This document shows, piece after piece, positions 55,395 through 64,000 of a DNA stretch of 64,000 nucleotides; positions within the stretch are counted from its first letter, which is position 1; every line of letters starts with the position of its first letter. Source of the stretch: the human T2T-CHM13v2.0 reference genome, Homo sapiens; assembly GCF_009914755.1 (NCBI RefSeq), contig NC_060931.1; one strand, 5' to 3'. The translations under genes were made by a program, and so were the position numbers. The notes beneath the pieces are model-generated. The model ran no database searches and had not been told where the DNA came from. It saw only the letters and a list, made by a program, of their open reading frames with translations.

Positions 55395-57405
55395 AAAATT
55401 ATTTATTTTTGAAAAGTTTTATATTTACAAAAAATGTTGAGAATACACAGAATTTCCATATGCTCTATACTCAGCTTCCCCAATTAACACCTAACATTAG
55501 CATGGTATATTTGCAATAATTAGTAAACCAGTATTGAATCATTATTATTAACTATAGTGCACATAGTATTCAGAATTGCTTAGTTTTTTCCTAGTTATTT
55601 TTTTTCTTTTCTAGACCACAACTACTACATTTAATAGTTGTGTCTCCTTGGGCACCTCTTGGCTCTTACCATTTCTAAGGCTTTTCTTCTTTTTTATGAC
55701 TTTCATGGTTTTGAGGATTATTGGTCACATGCTGTATAAAATGTCCTTCATTCTGAATTTTTTTAAAATGACTGCACTGGTTTTATGGATTAGGGGGAGG
55801 AAGATCTCAGAGATGAGGTACCATTCTTATTACATCATATTAAGAATACGTGACTTATCACTATTAAACTTGACTACCTGGCTTGAGGTAGTGTTTGTCA
55901 GATTTGTCCACTGTAAAGTTACCTCTTTCTTCCATTCCCATATTATACTCTTTAGAAGGAAGTAACTATGTGGAGCCTGCACTTAAGGAGTCAGGAATTA
56001 CACTCCACCATTTTGAAGGTGGAATATCTAAATTATTTAGAATTCTTCTGCATAGATTTGTCTATTCTTCATTTATTTGCGTATTCAATTGTTATATATA
56101 TTATATGGACTCATATATTAATTTTATACTTTGTAGTATAATCTAATATTTATTTAATTTTTGCCTTTTGCTAAATGGTTCCAGCTTTGGCCATTGGTAG
56201 CTCTTTCAGTTAGTTTCTATACCCCTTTGACATAGCCTCATTATATTTTTTTAAATTTCTGCTTTTGTTTGTTTGTGTTTGTGTTTTGTTTTGTTTTACC
56301 ACTTGCTTACTTCCTGACACTAAAAAAAATGCTCCAATGGTTGTACATAATGGACTTTTCCAAAGAACCCTAGTTTTTAAAATTTGAGAATAGTATTAGA
56401 AACCAAGTACCGAAGAAAAAAAAAGAGACCCAGAATTGGATGCTATGTGTGCCCATTGTCATGCCGCTGTGATATATACATGTATATATGAACTCACTTA
56501 TATACATGTATCTACAATATTTCTATGTGTAGCGATCTTTTTCTGTATTAGGTCAAACATGGAGTTCATACTGATTATCACATGGATCATTTTAAACTCC
56601 TTCCCTTACTTATCTATAACCCTCATCTCCAACAGTGAGAAACCTGGCTCCTGGGGTTTACCAAATATTTACCTAACTGTTCAACTCCAGTATAAACATA
56701 CAGCACTACAAGAATTGCTCATACATATTCCAGTGAGAATCAACTTTATCAACTAAAGTGCAATGCCTATGTACACTTCTTTTTTTGTCCTTTGTCTTCT
56801 ATACTCCATTTCCAAACTTTTTTGCATCAGCATGTCTTTCTCACCCTCTTTAGTGAATGCTTTTCATATATTCTTAATAAAGTTAGATAATTTTGTTACA
56901 CATTGCTTTCTGTCCTGAGATCTTCTGACCTCCTACATGTTTTTAAATTTACATACACTAAGGTTAACTGTTTGTGGAATAAAGCTCTATGAATTTTGAC
57001 ACTTGCATTGTGTCTTGAATTCATCATTACAGTCTCATGTAGAATAATTTCACAACCCACAGTATCTCTTGTGTTTCACCTATTAAACCCTCTGCCCCTT
57101 CCCATGACAAGCTCCTGAAAACCACTGATCTTTTTAATATCACCTCAATTTTGCTTTTTGAGAATGCTGTAAATTAGAATCATACAATTTCCAGCCTTTA
57201 CCAACTCTCTTCTTTCACTAGCAATCTTCACTTAAGATTCATCCATGTATTTTCATAGCATGACATTTCATATCTTTTTTTTTCACTGAATAATATTCAC
57301 TTGTGTGGATTTATTAAGTGTGTTTATTTACCTACTGAAGATCATCTTAGTTACTTCCCTTTTTTGGTGATTAAAATAAAATTACTATAAACATTTGCTC
57401 ATAGT
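55395..57405 (-). mobile_element. L1MC-type (L1MC3/4-like) long 3' region
   Basis: gaaaagttttatatttacaaaaaatgttgag..., catggtatatttgcaataattagtaaaccagtattg, gttccagctttggccattggtagctctttcag, ctcctgaaaaccactgatcttttt. Confidence 0.8.
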
Positions 57406-57699
57406 TTGGAGATGATACAAAATTTGAATACAAAATTTGAATAAAGGGGAAGCAAAAGGTTAAAGCTATAAGGAACACAGAAAAGAGAAAAAGAAAGAAG
57501 TCTAAGAAGCTGAGTAGATTGTTCAGAAGCTTCTAGGCGTTGAGAATACAGATGTTTGAGTTGAAGTCTTGTCATACTAGAGGAGATATTATAACAGTTC
57601 AGATTTCCATCAAAACCTCAGATTCCATTTTAGGAATAAAGACCATGCCTCAAGATGAAGGAATTTGCCCTAGAACTAAATGCAAAGCCAAAATAAACA

Positions 57700-58200
57700 G
57701 ACCCAAGCAAAGTGTAAAACAAAGTCTTCATGTGATAACAGCAAACACCAGTAATTTAACTGCCTACTAGAAAAACAATAATTTTCCATGGATATTTTTT
57801 AAAAAATCAGAATACTTAAAATGTAACTTTGCAATGTCCAGTATAGAATAAAAAATACTGTATATAAGCAGAAAAATAAACACATAAACAAGAGGGTTAA
57901 GAATAAGAATAAAAGAAAAACAAATGACACAGATGTTGGAATTATCAGAAAGATGCTATATTAACTATTTAAATATGTTTATGTTTCTACAGTTAAAGGA
58001 GTATATAAAAAAGCATATGGAATGTTTTAGAAAAGCTATAGAACCTCTAAAATAATGAAAGGGAAACAGAAATGAAAAACACAATACTTGAAATAAAAAT
58101 TGTTCAGTTGGTGAGCTTGACAGAAGAGACACAGTAGAAAAGGCTATATAGAAATTATCCAAACTAAAGCCACACAAAATATTGAAATAAAATATTTTTA
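57700..58200 (+). mobile_element. ancient L1M 5'/ORF1 fragment
   Basis: A-rich, gacacagatgttggaattatcag, aatgaaaaacacaatacttgaaataaaaattgttcagttgg, tagaaattatccaaactaaag. Confidence 0.6.
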
Positions 58201-58914
58201 TTCCTTCTAGAATTTATAAATGATTATCAAAATTATTTTGTCAGTTGAGTGCTTAGAGACTAATGTCTGATTTGAGGCATAATTGAACTATATAAATTCA
58301 ATGAGGATTGAAACTTAAGAAATTATTTGTCCTTCTAGCTATAAGTTGTAAATGCCAAATATAAAATACAATATTACAAAAAAATCATAAAACTTTTTAT
58401 AATATAGTGGTGTTTTATTAAGTCAATCCTAAAATTTCATTATTCTGAAAGCTACTTTTGGCTGTAAGATTAAGTTTATTGTTTGGCTCACTGGTTGTTA
58501 AATTTCAGCACTATGGAAGGGAAACTTTTAAAAATGAATTGTAGAAAGTGGATTCTGACATTTACGCGTGATTTGTGTAGACAAACGTGTAGTGGAGGAA
58601 GTAGGAAAAAGGTTCTTCCTGCTGGGCATTCACTTGCTGTGGAATTTTATAATAAGTTTCTGGCCAGTCTTCTTCACAAAATAAGCAATGCATGCAAATC
58701 CAAGATTTTGAATATCATGTACTCGCTACCTAAATTTTAAAAGATGCTGGATAATTTTTAATAACAAAATAACCTAATTCTATTTAAACATAAAATTTAT
58801 CTTGTAGTCTTCTAAGCATAGAAGTTCATTGTGAGATATGAATCTAAACATGAATTATGAATGCTTGAAAATCAGAGATATGGAGATTACAATAAAATGA
58901 AGCAACTTTTATTT

Positions 58915-59391
58915 TAATGGCTGGGAGTAGTCCTCCAAAGATGTTCACATCTTATTCCCTGGAATCTGGGAATATGCTAGATTACAGGACAATGGGAAAT
59001 TAAGATTTCAGGTGGAGTTAGGCTACTAATCAACTGATCTCATCCTGGATTATTTTAGTGGGCCCAGTGTAAACACAAGTGTTCTTATAAGTGGAAAAGG
59101 AAGGCAGAAGGGTCAGAGAAAGATCTAAAGATGCTATGCTGCTGGTGTTGCAAATGGAAGAAGGGGCCACAAATCAAGGGACGCAGACAGCCTTTAGAAG
59201 CTGGAAATAACAAGGAAACAATTCTCCCCTAGAACCTGCAAGGGAATTCAGCTCTTCTGACACTTTGATTTTAGCCTACCAAGACCCATTTTGGATTTCT
59301 GACCTCTAGAACTGTAAGATAACAAATTTTAGTTGTTTTAAGCCATTAAATTTGTGGTACTCGGTTAAAGCAACAATATGGAACTAACATA
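58915..59391 (+). mobile_element. MLT1D MaLR solo LTR
   Basis: ccaaagatgttcacatcttattccctggaatctg...aaggggccac...tagaagctggaaataacaaggaaacaattctcccctagaacc...ttctgacctctagaactgtaagataac...ttttaagccattaaatttgtggta. Confidence 0.92.
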
Positions 59392-60509
59392 CTGAGTTTG
59401 CAGGTTGACTAACCCCAACTTTAAAAAAAAATTCAAATTTTTAAGAGCTTATTTTTTTTCCAAATTAACAAGTGAATTAAAGTAAGACTGTTTCACAGAA
59501 CAGAACATGATGGCATTGTTTTATCTGGGATTACAAGCATAATAAAAATTTAAATGGTGAACATGTATGACACATTTTAAAGAAAGAAAACATCACTGTA
59601 AACATTTCTGGTATGTTGAAAAGAATATGAATCATGCCAAAAAATTTTTGTTTAGTTACAGTTTTACATAAACTACACAAAACTATATTAATCACTAATC
59701 AAACACAAATGTAAAATCAATGGATACTTTAATATTTTGTACCTAGTAGGTGAGTAATATATTACAACTAACTAGGCAAAAAATTTCCATCTATAACTAA
59801 TATTTTCAAATGTTTCTACTACATATAAATTGTACTCATCAACTAATGGACCATATGATAATTTGACAAAACTCTGTGAAAACACTGTGCTAAAATCAAA
59901 GCTTTTATTTTAAAAATTTCCCCGTTCGGCTTTATTCAGAAAATGTCATTTTTATTTCCAATTTTGTAGTTTAATGATAAATTTTCTTTAATCATTGAAA
60001 TATATCTTTCCTATATAATTAAGATATTCCATGAAATACCTAAAATATTTAATTTTTATAAATTACACTATTTTAATTGAAGTAGGATTTTGTCAGTATT
60101 AAAAAGAAGACAAATAATTTAAAAATTTAAACTATTGCTGATGACTCAAAGTAATACAGATGTATCTGAAACTTTATGCTGAATCTCTTTTCCTTTTTTA
60201 CCCACATTGAACCAGTGCAGAAGTACTTTGGGTTGCATTTTGAAATAATGAGTTGTAAGATTAATTTATTAAAGATTTTGTGGAGTGATTAGGGAAGAAA
60301 TGACATTACAACGCAAAGCATTTAGCAATTCACTGCAAAAATCCTCATTTTGTTTTCTCTCCATGCTTCCAGCCATCTCTTCTTTCCTTCTAACTCTTTT
60401 CCTCTATAGTTTTCTCTGCAGTTTTCACATTGGATTCTTTATGTACATTACCCTACTAGGTAAATAAAAGATAACTGGGTTCCCATTCTGTTTAGAAAAT
60501 AGAAGCTAT

Positions 60510-60828
<319 letters not shown>

Positions 60829-61084
60829 TTAAAAGTAAGACATATATTCTCCCTCAGTAAATATTTTGTTCATTTCTGGTCACAACAGGATACTTTGAAA
60901 TCAGCCAGCTTTGAAAGCTATAATATTGTGAAAATAAACATCTTTTCCTGTCTACAGAGAATTAGTTACACGCAAATCCAGAATTAAGTGGAATTAATAC
61001 ATGCTTTCCTATGTATATGCTATGCTATGTACTGAGGCGAAAATGGAGTGTGATTCCTAATGCTGTTGTTAAGGGTTCTATGGC

Positions 61085-61175
61085 TTTTTGAAAGCCACTT
61101 GATCACTTAAGCCTCAGTTTTATCAGCTTTAAAATGAAGGGGCTGACCTAGTTGGTCTCTAGGGCAGTTTACTGC
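61085..61175 (+). mobile_element. MIR core fragment
   Basis: aagccacttgatcacttaagcctcagttttatcagctttaaaatgaaggggctgacctag. Confidence 0.75.
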
Positions 61176-61219
61176 CAGGAGACTCTGTCATACTTAGACT
61201 ATGCAGCCTAATCCTTGCC

Positions 61220-62150
61220 ATCGAGGCATTTTTCCTTCACGCTGGGAAAGCAAATGCCAGAAAGTAGCACATGATGAAGTGTAACACCTACAAGAGCAAC
61301 ATTTGAATTAGGTGTTATAGCAGATATTTGGAAAACTAAACTTAACCTCAACTTGAAAGATAAGCTTGAAGCATTAAATACCCCTTAGGCAAAAGAGAAG
61401 AATGAAGTCAGCATAAGCATGTCATTGTGAAAGGATTGTGTTCAAGTTGGCTTGTCTAAAGCACAGTCCACACCATGAAGCTGTGAAGTACAAGTTTTGA
61501 CTGGCATGGCAGAGCCGGAATTTGTCAGGTATGAAATAAGAGCAGAGAAATCTAGATTTACTTCCATAGCCAGTAGGAAGCTACTGAAAATTGTTTAAGA
61601 AAGGAATAATATGAAAACAATAAAGAAAGCCTGACAATAACATACAGATCTAAATTTGTAGGAGAGAAGAAAAAGAGGAAGAAAATGGAAGTGAAGAAAA
61701 AAACAGTTAAACAAAAATTTTGTTACAGGTCTGGTGAACGTAAAACATTGTATTATACATAGCAGGAGGTGCCAGTACAGTATACCTGTGGAGATATCAA
61801 CATACCTGTAGAGTATCAGTATAACTGTAGAGATACCTGTAGAGACACTCTAAATTTGAAATAATAAGATTCACAATTAAAATGGGGACAGAGATAATGA
61901 AAAGAAAGAGATAAATGTAAGGCGTGTTTTGAAGTGAATTCTAAAGTTTGTATGATGCCTTGATTGAATAAGATGGAAGACCAATGAAAGATGACAAGGA
62001 TGTGTGAAACTATGACTGGTGAAATGATGGTGGTAATAAGGATGGAAAGGAGCTCTGGAGAGGGAAGCATTTTTGGAGAGAAGGTAATGAATACATTTTT
62101 ATATTTTGGGAAAGGCAGAATTATAGGAAAATACCAAAAGTACATCTGAA
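61220..62150 (-). mobile_element. L2 fragments
   Basis: purine-rich antisense L2 motifs: gccagtaggaagctactgaaaattgtttaag, gatgacaaggatg, gagagggaagcatttttggagagaaggtaatgaatacatttt. Confidence 0.6.
61778..61846. repeat. short imperfect tandem repeat, core atacctgtagag, 4 copies
   Basis: tatacctgtggag atatcaa catacctgtagag tatcag tataactgtagag atacctgtagag. Confidence 0.8.
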
Positions 62151-62285
62151 ATTACTAACTCAAAAATATATTGTGAAATATTTTATTCATTTATGTCTAT
62201 TCATGTTTTTTATATCATGAAGATTATTTCACTTATAAACTTTAATAATACTCCTTAAAACATTTCTAACAATTTCTAGTAATAT

Positions 62286-62349
62286 GTACACTTATACACA
62301 CATATGCACATGCACGCACATACACACATACACACAGAAGACACACACT
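62286..62349. repeat. imperfect (CA)n
   Basis: tacacacatatgcacatgcacgcacatacacacatacacacag. Confidence 0.75.
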
Positions 62350-64000
62350 AAGGTCAACATCCAAGTCATAAAAAAAGAATAATTATTTTGCATAAATTGC
62401 TAATTACAATTACTTCCTGTTGCAAACCCAAATCTACTACTAGAGCCAAAATAATCTTGTCAGCATAAATACAGGTTTTGAGAAGAGTACAGGTGAAGAA
62501 AAACAAAAATGAAAAACTTAAGAAGAAATCTAGCTCTTATGTTTAATTTGCAATGATAAAGTCATCTCTGATACTTTTCCCTTGAATTTTAAGCCTTGAG
62601 TATTTAAATTCACATTTCATCAACTCTAGAATAAAATAACTGACAATATTGTATTCAGAAATAGGTAGTTATTCATGGATTTTATAATTAGAATTTCTAC
62701 CTAATTTCAGTCTCTTACCTGCATCAGAATTTGATCTTCAGAGAGGGTATTTTGTGAAATTTGCAACATCCAAACTCATTCTCTTTATAACACCCATCTC
62801 CATTCCACATGCCTTTCATTTGCTCTAGGCAGGCAGCCTCTTTAACTGTCACTTGGAAGAATTCCTTAATCATCATAAGGCCCATTATTTGTATGGAGTC
62901 GGGCAGCCCCAAGGGAAAGGACCTAAAGTTACTCATGCTGGGGAGAATCATTGCATGGAGACAGGTTTGATTCAAGATTTTATGAAAAAAGTCAAAGAAG
63001 AGTCCATGAAACTTCTGAAAGAATATTGCCGTAAGTGATAAAGACAAATGATAGTAGAAAATGAAGACGGTTCCAGGGGCAGAGTGAATGATGCCTCTTT
63101 GTACTGAGTGAAGTTGTGACTAATAATGCTGGCCTAGTTCTCTCACTCCTCACTTTGACAAGAATGTGAAAATGCTTCTGATGGGCTAGAGATAGACCCC
63201 AACGCAGGAGATTGGGGACAAATGGAGAGGAGATCGTGATGGCAGAGAGAACAGAGCTATGCCCTCTGCGTAGGCTCTATCAGCCAAAGTATGTGAACTG
63301 TAGGAAGGATTATCATCAGTCTTGGCAACGGCCTTTGGGTAATTGCCTGTAGGAAATCATCAAGGGTCATGGAGAAATTAATGGAGCAGTAGTAGATAAC
63401 AGAGAAGAGCCACAGGAGAAGTGCTGGAATAAAGGGTCTGTGGAAACACAGCCCACTTTCTGTATTTACAAAGTCCTAACAAGAGAAATGAATTTCTATG
63501 CTTGGCCAATGGGTGACTTTAAGTGTCTCTAAGAATAAGCTATTGAAGTGACCTTAAGCCTGAATGAGGGCTGAGCTAATGTTTCTTAATTTTTGCTCCC
63601 CTTGCTTAATGATTTAAAGCTGTTTTGCATATTTTATCTGCTCTGTTTATATCAGGAAAACAACTATCACCTCTACATTTATGTCTAAAAACATTCATAC
63701 CCCTAGAAAACCTGTCTTTACTTTTTATTAACTAGAAAGACACCAATTTACACTTTGTACTGAAGTTATAGTGGTATAACTATAAAATAATGAAATCGGG
63801 CTTATTAAGTCACATAAAGATATTTATCTTATTCCTTTAGAGTATTTGCATGCAACTAGCAGACATTTTTTGAGTTAGGTCTGATACTTGTAATACCTTT
63901 CTGTTTAATGTCAACCATAGTTCATGTTAGTCTTATATGTGCATTTCTATTGCACAAAGATATTTTCAGCCCAAACTTCAGTTTAACTATCAGGACTATA

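Noticed and set aside
55648-56756. Hydrophobic 105-aa and 106-aa ORFs resembling membrane proteins
   Set aside because: They lie in T-rich antisense L1MC sequence, which yields Phe/Leu/Ile-rich spurious ORFs.
57414-57443. Small tandem duplications (atacaaaatttga x2; also 281-305 and ggtaatcagtaa x2 at 51074-51108)
   Set aside because: Ordinary slippage-type duplications with no sign of function.
61778-61846. Repeat-spacer-like pattern reminiscent of a CRISPR array
   Set aside because: Only a ~12-bp imperfect core with 0-7 bp spacers, in mammalian DNA with no cas genes; a simple slippage repeat.

Overview
Primate, most likely human-type, nuclear DNA: AT-rich, CpG-depleted, with no CpG island and no recognisable protein-coding gene, rRNA, tRNA or CRISPR array. 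It reads as a gene desert or the interior of a very large intron. Most identifiable content is interspersed repeats. There are nine Alus (J, S and Y types, several with target-site duplications). L1s range from L1ME/L1MC fossils to an L1PA3/4-like copy with a twin-priming 5' inversion, and include a near full-length L1PA14/15-like copy with an internal deletion. Also present are a near full-length Tigger1, a MER30, MaLR solo LTRs (THE1, MLT1A, MLT1D, MLT1E/F), L2, L3/CR1, MIR fragments and microsatellites. The only ORFs with recognisable protein similarity are L1 ORF2 and Tigger1 transposase remnants. I found no convincing evidence for a novel biological system. The best leads are: a THE1 LTR keeping a DUX4-type site, TATA box and splice donor upstream of several well-formed plus-strand candidate exons; an extra, internally derived Tigger1 patch; the twin-primed L1 with a still-open RT-core frame; and a few strong TF motifs in unique sequence. 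Subfamily calls rely on remembered consensus features and need RepeatMasker/Dfam confirmation, and boundaries of old repeats are approximate.
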